63,552 nucleotides of DNA, filler included, from Dirinaria sp. TL-2023a (GCA_051941275.1; 2 parts of 2 records of this genome joined end to end with filler, not necessarily neighbours in it), one strand, 5' to 3'; positions 12,374 to 26,582 are shown, numbered from the whole stretch's first letter. Numbers and translations: made by a program. Notes: generated from the sequence alone by a model not told the origin.

Positions 12374-15300
12374 GGCGAACTTGGCCCTGGGTCCTTTCTA
12401 TCAAAGAAGCCTATCCCACTCCTCACGAACGCACAAAACGAATGACTCAACGACTGAAAAACGAGTGTCTTGCCGAGTAAAAAAGAAAAACGCAGGGACC
12501 CATCCGAGCTTTATCATCTTCGAGAAATCCGCCTAGCTGCATGTTGATGCCGCCTTCCCCTTTTTGTTGGACGAGAAGCGTGAGCCTCGCCGCCGGCCTG
12601 GGCGTCTGATAGTTGACCGTCATCCATATTTGGACAGCTCAAAGCAGGATGTACTATATTTTGTCTAGCCAGATTCAAATAACCCAATAAGGAAATGGAC
12701 AGGCATGGCTGAGAGGCTTGATGAGAAAACCCACCCATGAAGAAATGGAATGATATTGGTAAAGTCGGTCCAATACCAATGGTCGAGCTAGCCGTGGAAA
12801 GGAAGGAATGCTCGACCAACTGCTCATTAGCCTGGCTCTGGCCACTTGAACCAGCCAAGGTAGGGTTCATTATTTGCCAGAAAGAAGAGAAAACATGTGG
12901 TCACCCAGGCCGGAGATGGGCGAGCCACGCCGTGGCAGCCGTTTGTCCTGCTTTCGATTGGATCGTTTCGCGAAGCTCCAGACGCGGACTCATAAGCCCG
13001 CGAACCGTTCGTGTCCCTATCGACAGCCCCACCATGGGAATTCCGTGCATAAGGTAAGGTAGGGGAGAAAATCATCTACGGATACGAGGTCCGCCCACCA
13101 GCACGGCCATGTGATAGGATTTGCCACATGGCGAACGAGGGGCTGCTACGGTATCCCTTAGTGCCTCGAGGAGATATGTGGAAAATAAGGAGGGTTAAGG
13201 GTATGCCACGCAACCTTAGTTCCAGCTGCAAGGGGAAATCGTATCTTGCCATCTTGCCATCTGCATAATCTCTTCGTAGTCGACATGGCTCAGGTGTGTG
13301 ATGATGCTGTACCTTCGGACATGCCCTGGAACACCTACCTTACCTAAGGTACCTTATCCATGAGGATCCACAATAAGCGCATGCAAGCACGGGAAAGGTA
13401 TCGCTTCCAAGAGCGGAGGAGATTCGCGTGCTTCTTGTTGGCCAATTATCGATTATCCCGTCTACGATTTCGCTTAAGTGCATGCGCTAAATGAGCCATC
13501 TTGAACCAGCTAACCACCGCTGGGATGCCTACCTTATGGACTTGTGGCTCTCAATATTCTACACCGCCTGGATCTCATAAAGTGCTGACAATTATTTCGT
13601 ATACAAAGTGGCAGCATGAACGGGCATGATAAGGGGCGGCGCTGAGTAAGAGGATTTGAACCACTCTGTTGAGAATGTGAGCTTAACGGAATCGATCTCA
13701 GAGACTGTACGAGTACTAGTTCGAATACAGGGGCAGGGGCCTACTTGATGAAAGTGCCTTCAACCCTGCTGCTCGGGGTTCCCGGGCTCTCTTCTACCCT
13801 CACTTATTCCCACTGGGATCTTGAGGTGAGGTAGCCTGCCTTAAGGTCAGGTAGGGGTTGCGGCCCCGGATCTGCAAGTGTGCTCCTGTCGTACCTTAAT
13901 GTACCTTGCCTTATCAGGGGTTCCATCCAAGCCCCGACCGAGCGGTTCGCGTTCTCGCGCATCGAAGCGACAGATGACCAGCAGACAAAATCGCTTTCGG
14001 GCCGAGAGAGGAACCCTTTCCTCTCTTATGAGTGAACAATAATGTACACCTCTTTTGGTCGTTCGGAAGCTGCTGTTAGCAGTTCCTGCAGGAACACAGC
14101 GTCATACTAACGGTCATTTTTTGAGTTTTGGCTCCCCACGGATTTGCAGGGTTTTTGGACCCAGTACCGGATTTTGCAGCCGTGGAGGTTGTGGAGAATC
14201 CTAGTAGGCCCCCCAAGATCTAGAAGCAGAAGGAGCGTCTGATTTCCAGGCCCCAACCTCGCTTCGGTGATTAAAGCATTTTAAAAGGCCACTAGCCCTG
14301 AAGAACGAGGTTCTGGTCGTAATCTTACTCGCCTTCGTAAGCTAGTAATATGGAGGCTCCTATTCCTGGCTCCGCCAGATTCGGGTACCTTACGCCATCC
14401 AGTCGGCGCCCCGATGCTAACCATTCCGACTGATCCCGGCACTACCGAACACTCCCGACATGTCTTGCTCGAATCTCGAATCTCGAATCTCGACTCCATC
14501 TCACTGTATGCGAAGGAAGGGAGGATATAGTGGGTTTCCTCAACTGGCTGACGATTTCCCTGTTCTCATCTCAAATAAAATAATGTCGCATTATCTCCAC
14601 TCGACGTGAAGAGCGTCTTCAAATAGTCTGCCAGCTAGGATGACGATAACGAGGGCATGTTGGTGTGCAAATCTCGGCTCTTCAAGCCCACATTCAAATG
14701 CGTATCCGGCAACAACCGCGCAGGAGGATCAAAGTACATGGGAGATACTACCACCTCCAATGCACCAACATCGGCATCAATCCGTCAATCAAGCATTGCT
14801 TTAAGGACATAAGCCTACGTCTTCGCAGTATCTTATGGCTCGATTATAGATCGAGCAATTTGGGGTTGATAGGGGCAAACGCCACTCACCGTTGAAGGGA
14901 TTTATTGCTTCAGGCCACCAATATGCAGGTCGCGAAATATATGGACCACCAATATGCAGGTCACGCATCTGGAACCCACCTGTTCGTCTGTCATTTTAGA
15001 ATCTGATAGTCTGAGGTCTCGGAAACAACGGAGTTTGTTTACAACAGGACGTTTTGCAACGCAGTCCGCTTGGCCTAAATCGGATTATCTGTTTCACGGC
15101 CTTACGCTCCTGGCAGCGTGATCACGGTGTGCAGCCATTCTTGGGCATCGGCGATAATAGACCGTTCCCAATCCAATTGACGAAGGGAAAGATAGGATAT
15201 CTGGTCAAACACGCTCTTGAGGTACAGGTTTTGTATAAAGACAATCCTAAATATCTGAATACCTCGACGCCCGCCTCGGCCCTTACTACCAGTCATGCAC

Positions 15301-15877
15301 GATATTTCAATTATGTGACCATCAATTGGTCAACTGAATAGAGGTGTGCATGTTGGCCCTGCTGTTGCTTTCAAAGTTCTCTGATGTGAAGCTTGGGGGG
15401 TCACAAAAAGGAGAAAATGGGAAAAGGTGCGAAGGAGCACCATAATGACTATTGAAGGAAGAAGCCCATACCGAGTACAGATCAGAGCATTCGTAAAGTA
15501 ATGATATAATTGGCCTTTCATTATTGTAACGCAAGAATAATAAATCGAGGATTTGAAGCTCACAGCTTTTCTGCCTATTCCCCCACCCCTTTCTAGTACC
15601 CGGCAAAAAAGTCCCGAAGCCTGCTTTCAAGTTCGAGTTGTTATATGCACAGTAACTTCGTGATGTACATAGACCGCGAGTGATCTAAGTACCAGTACCG
15701 TAGATTCCTCATTCCCCGACTGTGAACCCTATTATAACCCTGATATCTTGGCATCAGCGCTTTACCCTACTTTATCTTGGCCTACTCTCATTCCATTTGC
15801 TTTTCAATATTATTGTTACATTCGGGTTTCTTGAACTACCTAATATCTGTGCTTGTCACCACGCAAAATGCGTTGAC

Positions 15878-18800
15878 ATGGCCTTAACTTCGGTACGCTT
15901 TTCACAGACAGATCGACAGTGCCTAAGAAACGTCGCTAAAATTATATCTCAGTGGAAGACTTTCAACTTCTTTGATGTCACGGAAGTGAAATTACCAGAG
16001 GATCCTTCAACCTCAATCGCATTCGATGTTCGTGCTACTTCCATTTAGCCCCCCTTTGCCCCCCATACAGAGCATTGTAATCAGTGAATGCTGACTCTGC
16101 AAGAGCAATGACTTCAGCTCCATATGTTCAGGCTCGGACAATCTCTTCATAGGCAGCAATGACGGCAATGTCCGAATCCTGAATCAGGCATTCAAGGTCC
16201 TTCGAACCTTCAAAGCTCACGATGTGGGCTCGATCACGCACATCAAACAGGTGGAGGGAACCGCACTCCTCGTCACCATTGCTGAAAACCTTTCAAACGA
16301 GCCGACTCTGAAAGTGTGGGCGCTGGACCAGGCAGGGAAAAAAAATGGAGGACCCAAATGCCTTTCGACTCTGTCAATCCACAACGGCCGCAAGCAATTC
16401 CCGGTATGACCTCAGTGTCAGTATTTGCTAGCCGTGTCGTCAATTCTGATTGCTGCAGATTTCAGCCTTCGCAGCATTACATGATCTGTCGCAGCTAGCC
16501 GTGGGCTTTGGGAATGGCGCAGTCACGGTAGTACGAGGCGATCTGATACATGACCGTGGCGCCAAGCAAAGGACTGTATTCGAGTCCGAGGAACCCATAA
16601 CGGGCATCGAATTCCGTGAAGGCCCTAATACGACACTATACATCGCGACAACTGGAAGGATTTTAACCCTTACAATTACCGGTAAAGGTCAGGGGCAGCC
16701 GGCAAAGAATCTAGAAGATACAGGGTGTGGAGTCGGATGTATGACTGTAGATCAGGAAACTGGGGACGTAATCGTCGTGCGCGACGATGCCATCTACTCC
16801 TACGGCGCTACCGGTCGTGGGCCCTCTTTCGCCTACGAAGGGCCTAAGCAGCTAGTCAGTATCTTTCGCAACTACCTTGCTTTAGTGTCTCCTCCAAAAT
16901 CCTCGTCACCATCCAAAAGCAGTGCTATAGGACGATTCGTGTCGGGCCGCGCAGATGCTCTCTTCGACATGTCAACTTTTGCTCTTCTCGACACGGACCT
17001 AAAATATGTTGCCCATACAGAGACCATATCATCTCGAGTGCGGGTTTTGTTCATCGAATGGGGCGATATTTTCTTGCTTACAGTCGACGGAAAGGTGAGT
17101 TGCGAAGCTGCTAAGACAAATGAGATCACGCTGATGGAATAGCTGTTCCGGTATCATGAGAAATCTCTCCAGCAGAAACTCGAAATTTTATTTCAAAGAG
17201 ATCTCTACGTCCTTGCCATCACTTTTGCTCAAAAAGCCGGTGTCGATGCTACCCAAAGGAACCTCATTCTTCGAAGATATGGGGATTATTTGTACAGAAA
17301 AGGCGACTACGATACGGCGATGCAGCAGTATTTAAAGGCGATCGACAATACCGAGCCTTCTCAAGTCATTAGAAAGGTAGGTGAAGACTTTCGTTAGCCT
17401 TCGCTTTAGTGCTGATAGACAACCTTTAGTTCCTTGATTCGCAACGTATTAATAACCTGATCGAATATTTGGAGGAACTGCATGAGCATGACAAGGCTAC
17501 AGTAGACCATACGACGCTCCTCTTGAACTGCTATGCGAAGCTTAAAGATACTGATAAGCTTGAAACGTTCATAAAATCAGGCACGAATTTTGACTTGGAC
17601 ACCGCGATCAGTATGTGTCGGCAAGGTGGCTATTATGGCCAGGCCGTGTTCCTCGCGAAGAAGAATAGCGAGCATGATCTGGTGGTCGACATCCTCATTG
17701 AAGATTCCCAGAGGTATGACGAAGCACTGGACTACGTTTGGCGGTTAGCGCCTGATTTGGCATATCCACTACTAATGAAGTATGCACGAGTTCTTCTTGA
17801 GCATTGCTCGAAGGATGCCACACAGCTTTTCATAGACTTCTATACTGGAGCTTATCGACCAAAAAAAGATACTCAGGAGACGGCACAAGATGGAGCCGCT
17901 CGAGCAGGGCCTATGGCTGTGCAAAATCTTGCCTCCTTCATTCCGTTACCTTACAGACAAGTATCAATGGCGCCTTCGCCTGCTGCAGCAGGAAACCAGC
18001 AAATTACGTCGCAAGATTTCGATTCTGCGGCAGCTGAAGCTGCAACGACAGCTGAAGAATATGATATTCCAAAGCCTAGGACGGCCTTCTTGTCTTTTGC
18101 TGACCACCCACCGGAATTCATTGTCTTCTTAGAAGCGTGTCTTGCCCAAGCCGAGGTAGATGAAACAGATAAGAACGATATGTACACGACACTGTTTGGA
18201 TTATATCTCGAGAGTGCAAGGTCAAGAAAGGGAGTCGATCGGGAAGAGTGGGAAGCGAAGGCTAAGCGACTCATAGACCTTAAAGACGTAAGACTCTTCT
18301 GCTAGCGAAACATCATCAATGATTAACATAAGAAGATCCCGATCGAGAGTTCGGACGTGCTTCTCTTATCACATCTGTCCAACTTCGAAGACGGCACGGT
18401 TGTGGTGCGTGAGCAGCAAGGGCTACGGTTCGACATTTTTCGATCGTACACCTCTGTCAACGACACCTACGGAGCAATCAAGGCGCTCAGGAAGTATGGC
18501 CCCGAAGAACCACAGCTTTATCCCGCAGCACTAGCATATTTCACGTCCAGCCCGAAAATCCTTGAAGAGGCTGGTAGTGAGCTCGACGTAGTGCTGAAGA
18601 AGATTGAAGAGGATGGTCTTATGGCGCCGTTACAAGTGATTCAAACGCTGAGCACGACCGCGGTGGCTACGATGGGTATGATCAAGAAATACCTGAGCCA
18701 AACAATCGAGAAAGAAGGCAAGGAGATCTCAAACGTATGCGCCCCCCTCCCTTCCACTAAAACAAGGCAAATAATCCCTCAATCCACACTCCCCGCCTCG

Positions 18801-19253
18801 AAATCCTGGTGTAGAAGAAGCTAACAAAACCCCAACTAGAACCGCCGCCTGATCGAAAGCTACCGCTCCGAAACCGAAGCCAAACGCAAAGACATGGACG
18901 ACCTGGCGCACAAATCCGCCGTCTTCCAGACCCGCCGCTGCTCCGCCTGCGGCGGCTCCCTCGACCTGCCCACCGTGCATTTCCTCTGCAAGCACTCGTT
19001 CCACCAGCGCTGCCTCAATCAGCCTATCAATGACGACGACGACCAGCAGGAGCTGCAATGCCCCCAATGCGCGCCCGCGAACAACAATATCCGCGCTTTT
19101 CGCCGCGCGCAGATCGAGTCGGCCGATCGACATGAGATGTTCCTCGATGCGTTGCGGTATAGTCGGGATCGGTTCGGCACGATTGGCGAGTTCTTTGGCA
19201 GGGGGGTCATGGCTGTTCCGTCTACGACGACGACGACGACGATGACGGAGTGA
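15878..19253 (+). CDS. VPS11: HOPS/CORVET subunit Vps11 (PEP5): beta-propeller, clathrin repeat, C-terminal RING
   Basis: MALTS/WKTFNFFDV N-terminus split by an intron; DHTTLLLNCYAKLKD; RING CSACGGSLDLPTVHFLCKHSFHQRC..CPQC; ends EFFGRGVM. About 7 introns. Confidence 0.93.
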
Positions 19254-19254
19254 G

Positions 19255-20100
19255 ATTGAAATGTACGATAGATAAACATTTACATGAGAAATGAACTTCT
19301 TTGATCACAATTTTTTTTTTTCGCCCAAATTTGCTAGAAGCCCCCCTTACTAGCATTATTGATTCACAAATACAATCCATCCATCCGCATCAATCCGCCC
19401 CAATTTTCTTTCTCTTTTCCGCTCATTTCTCATTCTCCATAAAAATACAAGAGCCAGAGAAAAGAAAATATGCGAAAAAAAAAAAAAAGGATTCATCGAT
19501 CAATCAGCAATCAGCGGTTTCTCTCTCTCCCTCTCTCTCTCACCAACCCGCCCATCGAGTCACCGCCCACTTTTTTCACTACCTCTCTATGGTATGTATA
19601 AGATGTATAATGTAGAGTGCGTAATAAATCATTATTTTCCCGAAACAGGACAGGATGAGGGGGGAAGAAGGGAAGAAAAAACAAAAAATAAAATGGAGTA
19701 GATACTTTCAGATACATACATACATAGATATAACCAACAACAACAACAAACAAACAATACAAATTTTGCATATAAAAGGCAATGTAAAACGGAGGGGGGG
19801 GGGGTAAAACAATTTCCTTTCTTTTTTTTTTTTTCAAGAGAAAACACAATCCCAATGGATGAAATAACCTCTGTTCTACACATGTAACTATTGTACATTA
19901 ATGTACATATACTCTAGTTAATTTATCATTTCTATTCATACAGTAGTAAGATTGCCTTATGTGCAAAAAATCAAAGCCTTCAGCCCCGAGCTTTGTCCAG
20001 CTCCAGCCAGCCAGCTGAAGCAGTAATCTCTTTCTCTCTCTCTCTCTCTCGTAGCTTTTTCTTCCACAAAATTAAAAAAAAAAAAAAAAAAAGGGAATCA
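19255..20100. repeat. homopolymer/microsatellite-rich region between convergent genes
   Basis: poly-T, poly-A and poly-G runs, (CT)n near 19520 and 20030, (CAA)n near 19735. Confidence 0.8.
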
Positions 20101-20105
20101 TCAAT

Positions 20106-22303
20106 TCATTTCTTCACGATCTTCAACAGCGGCGCAATTCGCGCCCTCTTGCTTAACCCGACCCTGTAAGCCACTTTCCCACTCGTCAACGGGCTGTGCT
20201 TGTCCGGGCCTTTTTCACCTGTATTAGTAGTGATAGTAGCAGGGGTTTCCTTCTGTGGGGTCTTGGGCGGCGTTGTGAGTTTGTTGGTGGTGGTTGTTGA
20301 TGATGGAGGGGAGCGGTGTTGCTCTGCTGTACTAGTAGTAATAGTAGTGACCTCCTTTTCATCGATTGTCCGGCGCTTATTCGGCCGATTGCTGTTGTTG
20401 TTCTTGTTGCCTTCGGACTGCGAGAGAGGGATATCCGGTCCATGGTCTGAGAGAGGTTGAGATTGAGGTCTGTCGTCCGTGTCGGACGCGGAATCTTCAA
20501 GGATTGTTGGGGGCGCGGGGTCGGCTTTGCGCTTCTTGCGAGTGGTCTGCTGTTGCTGTGTTCCTCCACCTTTGGTGCATTCTTGCAATGTCGACGGTTT
20601 CTCCTCGGGGTCGTTTCGGACAGCTTGAGCTGTCGATTCTTCAGTGTCGGTCTCAGCGCTCTGCTTCCGAGGCCGGCCTCTCTTCTTTTTCTTCTTTTGT
20701 GGAGAGCTAGAGGGCGCCTGCTGTGCTGTTTTCTCATGGATTGGGGGGTTGCTCTTCTGGGGTACCTCCACTGCTACGATTGACCAGGCTTTCTGAGCCG
20801 CGTCAGAAGCCTGATCTTTGAGTTCAACTCCTCCCTCGAACCTTTTCGCAATTGGTTCTGTATCGTGATCCCACTTCTCTAAATTACTAAATGAAGGAGA
20901 GACAGAGTCTGCCTCGTCATCTACCTCGACTTTGGGACTTGGCTTAGCAAGCGCCGTAGTCTTCCTCCTTTTACTCCCCTTCTTCTTGGCAGCTATTTCC
21001 GGCCTCTTGGAAAAGTCAGACGGGATCATGAGCTCTTCGTCGTTCCGCTGAGATCGAGAACGACTAGGTCGAGGCTGATACTGCTCCTTTGGTAGTCCAA
21101 CGATAGGTTCATCCAAGCCTAATTCATCCGCGTGCAACAACGCTGTTGCCTGCGATTGCTCACTTACATGTGCTAGCCTATGTTGACCTGCGCTCGCAGA
21201 TGTCTGTGAGACACAGCACGCAAGCTCATCATGGCCTTCAGCGGACTCTTCTCTGGCATTGATAGAATCATCGGGTGGCTGTACGCTTGTACCAGATTGC
21301 GCAATTTTAACAGAAGGCCTAATATCATGCGCCTCGTTACTGTCGTTTTCGAAGACAGCTCTGGAGCGTTTGTTCGTGCTTGATTTGCTTAGCTCCTGTT
21401 CAGCGACTGCTTTGATCGACTGTAAGCTTTGCTCCATGTCCTGCACGATGCCATACTGTTCGTTAGACGCACTCGACTTCGCGGCTGTTGCAGGTGTTAC
21501 ATTTGCAGATGTCACGTCAGAAATAGTAGGTAAGGTAGGTACAGTGCTTGGCTGGGAATGGGGTTCTTGGGTTCTTGCGACTTTTGGTATCCCTGCATAC
21601 GTAGTATTGTGGATCGACGTATCGAGCAGAGGAGCTGAGTCGAAGCTAGCGATGCTGGTAGTACAATCATCTTTCACTGCATGATATTCCTGCAGCATAA
21701 CCTCCACCCTCTTGGCCGCGCTGTCTTCGGTCTGGGGCCAATCCTCTGCATCATTTCCCTTTTCATCACACGTTGGACGGACTCCATTTTTTCTCTTCGA
21801 CTTTCTTGATGGTTCAAAATTGCCTTCGTCATCACTGTGTCGGTCAAATTCCGCCGTATGCTGACGAGCTTTGGACCTGTAAGTCTTTAATGGTCTTTTC
21901 GCATTTGGTTCTTCGAAGGCTGTAGTTGCTCTCCGTCTAGTGGTCTTCGAGTTTGAGGTCGAACCGCTAGGCTGCGAAGATACTGCTTTTATGTTGAGAT
22001 CAAATCCTGAGTCATTACTCATTGGCTCGGGGGGCGGGCTATGGCACTCGAGCGTCGCATGATTCGACAGCTCTATTGACAGTTGATTAGCGATGCGTCT
22101 TGGGGATTAGGTAGCTAGACGACATCGAGGTTACCTGTAGATCCTGTGCTTGGCCCTTCGGGAGCCGAAGAGTATTCGAGGTTGATAATTGGGCTCAAGC
22201 TCAAATCCCTCAGGCTCGAAGGGCTGATAGTGTGTTCGCCTCCAGCGTCCGAGTCGGCACCGGATTCCTCATCCGAGTCCCGCACAATTTTGGACTTCCC
22301 CAT
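20106..22303 (-). CDS. AT-hook domain nuclear protein (conserved fungal hypothetical)
   Basis: KKKKKRGRPRK AT-hook, GLPKEQYQPRPSRSR, C-terminal YRVGLSKRARIAPLLKIVKK. Intron 22073-22134 (GTAACC..GCTAAT..TAG) links ORF 22303 to ORF 22022 in frame. Confidence 0.8.
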
Positions 22304-22602
22304 AACATTTTACATGTTGCAGCTTCATGGAAAATGACCGAAGTACTTGTCCATACTTGTAGGTCCAGATGAAAGTAGCAAGACGCGCAGGTCGTGGTGG
22401 CCCCGCGATTTCGACGCGTGATACATGTGACGCCAAGCCAAGATGACTAATCACATCGTTAATAAGGCAGGCTGGTTTAATAAGTAGGTACTTTACTGTA
22501 CTGTATCTATGGTAGCATTGCTAGTCGCTCCGCAAAGGCTCTCTCTACATATATATGTAGAATCTCGGCAATTCTAGCCATCATGCTATTCCTGCTCACA
22601 AA

Positions 22603-24954
22603 TCAACACCGCTCAAAGACCTTATACAGCCCCTTCAGATCAGCCACCTCGACAATCCCGCTCAACAAGCCCCTCGTAGCCACCAACCTCGCCCTAAAAG
22701 CAGGGAACAGCACATGCTCAAGTACCCGTGAAATCTCCTCCCTCCTCCTTCTGATCTCTTCCGTTTGTCCATTCTCGTCCATCCCACTGTCGTTCTCGCC
22801 CGCTACTCCTCCAGAGCCATCCCGAAAGTCATTCGGTAGTTGCTCCGGTGTATAAAAACTCGCCAGCTCCCTGAGAAAGGTATGGAAACACGCTTTTTCC
22901 TCGTTCCACTCCACGCAGGGGCCCAGCCTCATCAGAAACCGGGGTAGTTTGGTTAGAGACGGCGTGTACCCCTTGATGAGAAGCGGGAGACCAATCAAGT
23001 CGCCTTCTTCAGAAACTTCGAAGGAGAAATATTCCAGTAGCATTTCCCGCCTGCTCACTAAATGCGTCGTGACCGTTTCCGGAACCTCATCCCACTCCAC
23101 GGCCGCGTCTGGGTTCTCGGCTCGCTCAATTTCAACGCCCACGCGTATGAGATCTGGGATTGACAAGGGAGGATCGAAGCGCATGGCGCCGAAATTGCCA
23201 AAGTCCGTGAGTCCGAGCTGATAGAAGTATTCGTTGGAGATCATGCCGTAGTCGACGAGGAAAAGCTTGACGCCGCCTTGGATTGCTACTATTCGTCGAC
23301 GAGAATCTACCAGCCCAATGTAGGTGTGTGAGGCAAAAGTCTCGGTCAGGGTGGAGTGTATATTGTCGCGGACTGCACCGCGGAGCTCTTTGACAGTGGT
23401 CAGACGGCAATGAGTCGCGGCGCGGGGATTAGTCAAATAGGTTGGCTGCTGAGGAGACTGAGTAGATGTGTGCTGTGCAGAGGGTGTGAGCATAGAAGTG
23501 ATTTTCCGGAGTGAGGGATCAGTGCGAACGAGGTTGTTTTCGTACGGTCTATTTGGCATAGCTTGAGAACCTCGCTGGTTTTTGGGTCTTTGAGTCGAGT
23601 CCTTTGCCTCTGAGGTCGAGGTCGGGACTTTTGGACCGGAGCCCGGCAGTAGTGACTGCGTCATGAAGGTGCGGCTGGTATCAACTTGAGAGAGCTGAAT
23701 CCGGATTTGGGTGCAGGTTGCTTCGATAATTTCATCTTCGTTGAGGAAATGGACTTCACGTTTGGTTGGATGTACATTCACATCCACGCGCTGAGGTTCA
23801 ATTTCAAGAGATAGGTAGACGAACGGGTGCCCGCCTTTGGGGAGAAATGTTGAATACGTCTGTTCCAGAGCTTTCTTGATTGCAGTGGACTCGACTGAGC
23901 GATGATTGATAAATAGAAGGAAGGTGGTCTTCTTGACGTGATAGTTCGCATTGGTGGTGTAGCCCGAGGCGGTGAAGCCCCATTTATTGTCAGCGACGCT
24001 GAACGGGATGAGCTCATTCGCAACCGCGGAGCCATGAATTTGGCGGATACTATCTATGGTGCTGGCGTCCTTAGGCGTGGAGAGACTGAGGCTAGAATCA
24101 CCATGCTTCTTGCATGAGAATGCCACACCGCTACAATGTATGGCGTAACGACCAACGACGTCAAGGATTTTGGCATACTCTTCACTTGGAGATTTGAAGG
24201 CCTTCTGTCGAGATGGAACGTTGTAAAAGAGATCCTCGACCTTCAACGATAAGCAACAAAGTCTACAACAACCTCGCTCGATGAGAGGAAGAGCTCACTG
24301 TGATCTGAGTTCCACCACGACCTGCCGTGGGCCTAGGGTCTGCGCTCTGGCCTGGCTTTGCTGGGGCTAGCTTGCCATCTGCGTAGTTGGCTCGCCACGC
24401 ACAACTCGAGTCTGCCGTCTTAGTGGTGATGGTAAGATGGGCAATATGGCTGATGCTGGCCAAAGCTTCTCCACGGAAGCCGTACGTGCCAATGGACGTC
24501 AGATCCTCGAACGTCTTCAGCTTCGACGTCGTGAACCTTTCGCAGAGGATGGGCATATCATCTCGCTGGACCCCTGTATCAGCTAAAGTCCGAGGATCGA
24601 AAGCTGCAAGTTTCGGAGGGACGAACATTGATGCCATGCCCATTGTCTGTAATTTGAAGAAGCTTCAAGCCTCCATCTTTGACCAGAATCTCAATAGATG
24701 TGGATCCAGCATCAACAGCATTCTCGATCAGCTCTTTCAAGGCATGCACTGGGGCAACAATGATCTCTCCCGCAGCGATCTTGTTCACCACATCTTGATC
24801 AAGCGCCTGTAGAGAGCCATCAGCCTAGAGGCTCGTGGCATGTCTAATTGTCTACCTTGATCCTTTTGGGAGCTGAAGCACTGGACCGAGCATCGTCGGC
24901 CTTTCTTTTAGTACCGCGGGCCTGCCCATGGTCGACTTCCATCGTGTCTGCCAT
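22603..24954 (-). CDS. MLH1: DNA mismatch repair protein Mlh1 (MutL family)
   Basis: [63 protein letters not shown], diagnostic C-terminal YKVFERC; 3 introns. Confidence 0.96.
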
Positions 24955-25207
24955 CTTGATGATCAATAATTCATTGAATTATTATTGTGGTAGTTGGGTA
25001 TTTGCTGTACGATGTAATTGTCACATGTTTACGAGCCTCTCGATCCTGTGTGCAGGTAAATACTGTAATTCCCGTAGGGTACCCGTGCCTACTACATTGT
25101 AAGATCTTACATAAATTCGCTTTCTCGAAGCGAGTTAATTCCCTTTTACCCGCTTCTATCATATATCATATCGCGTGCGAGTAGTCTCTGATTGGGCTAC
25201 TCAAAAG

Positions 25208-25270
25208 CAGCTCTGTTTCTGAAGGTTCCAAGCGCCGGATGTAAAGCGACCGAGATCCCTGTAAGGACTA
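25208..25270 (+). repeat. bipartite direct repeat, copy 1
   Basis: CAGCTCTGTTTCTGAAGGTTCCAAGC + 14 nt spacer + GACCGAGATCCCTGTAAGGACTA; second copy at 28197-28273. Confidence 0.85.
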
Positions 25271-25894
25271 CGAAAGAAAGTCTGCATTGACACCTGTGAG
25301 CGATGTCTCTCACCTGATTTACTTTGTGTTGAGGTGATGAACCGAAAACTCAAGGATTATCAATACTATTGCTCTAAAAGAGACCGACGACCGCGTGGTC
25401 GGACCTCGGTTTTTTGAGCAATGACGCCAGTGCCGCAGTGCGCCTATCACAGCTGTTTCATCACCTCACTTATCCACAGCCTCGCACACCTCTCCTGCCA
25501 CGACAGCGGCATCATATCTATGTACCTATTGCACAACGCCTTTTACCTAGAGCAGTAAACCGAGCTACATATCATCGGAATCTCAGTCGAGTCATATATA
25601 ATTTGATGCTTCATCGATCGTCTGTGGGCGCTTTTCATCTCTCTCAACGCTTCCCCTAGTCGCTCATCGTTCTCTGAGGACACGCATCAGTTGCGGAGTC
25701 ACAAGAGTTCAAACAACAGCAGCTCTGCTAGCATTATTTCCGACAGCATAGTCACACAGATCGCGTCGATACCTTATGGAAATGACGGTGTTTCCGACAC
25801 GCAAAACAAAGGGGTCTGGGCGCGAACAAAAGGCGTCAAGGGGTCGTAGAGGCAAAAAATGGAGGTGACGAGACGGTGCCAGCTTGGTGAAGCC

Positions 25895-26098
25895 AAGAAG
25901 ACAGAAATCTAGCCCAACCTCACCCTCCCTACTCCGTACCTTACGTAACCCCCCATCGGGCCTTGGGTGAGCGCCTCCTTAAGGTCGCGCGACCCTAGCT
26001 CGCCTAGCTCGCCTAGGTGATCCGGGGGGTGTCCGGGTGATCCTGAGTAGCTGCTGGTGCTGCCCCCCTCTGAGCTGGGGGCAGATTTCTGTCTTCTT
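25895..26098. mobile_element. MITE-like ~204 bp element with terminal inverted repeats
   Basis: AAGAAGACAGAAATCT (25895-25910) is the exact reverse complement of AGATTTCTGTCTTCTT (26083-26098); pairing continues imperfectly to ~28 bp. Non-coding GC-rich interior; no clear target-site duplication. Confidence 0.55.
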
Positions 26099-26582
26099 TA
26101 TTACCCGCCATTACTGCTGATGAACATCAACTTTCCCGCGGTCGCAAATTGAAAATTGGACAGATAAAAGTACAAATTCAGCTCTATCAAGCTTGCCCAG
26201 TTTGACGAAATTTCGGCAAGGAAGCAAAAATGTAGTGGGGGTGAGAAGTTTTACATCTTGGATTGCACGTGTTTAAATCTCTCTGGATAGCACAAAACTG
26301 TCTCAAAATGATTGGGAAGGGGCAATCCGTGGCACTGGTAAATGTTCAGAGTCTGATTTCCATTGGTGCCTATTTGCTGAGTACGGTGTCCCAAACCAGG
26401 AGGAGGCACGCGTTTGAGTTCTACATTAAAAGGATGAATCATGGATGGGTGTCAGTGCCACAATTCGTACAACGATACTCAAAACCGTTATTTAGGCTGA
26501 AGGGATGGGAGCGAGATCAGTCTAAAAGACCTCGTCATCATGAACCTTTTCCCCGACGATAAATTTTGGAACCAGAAATAGA

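Noticed and set aside
13730..13870. Weak fold-back with a C-box-like TGATGA
   Set aside because: Pairing is short and imperfect and no convincing D box or guide was found.
25530..25560. GCCTTTTAC resembling U5 snRNA loop 1
   Set aside because: Flanks do not form the closing stem and no other U5 features were seen.
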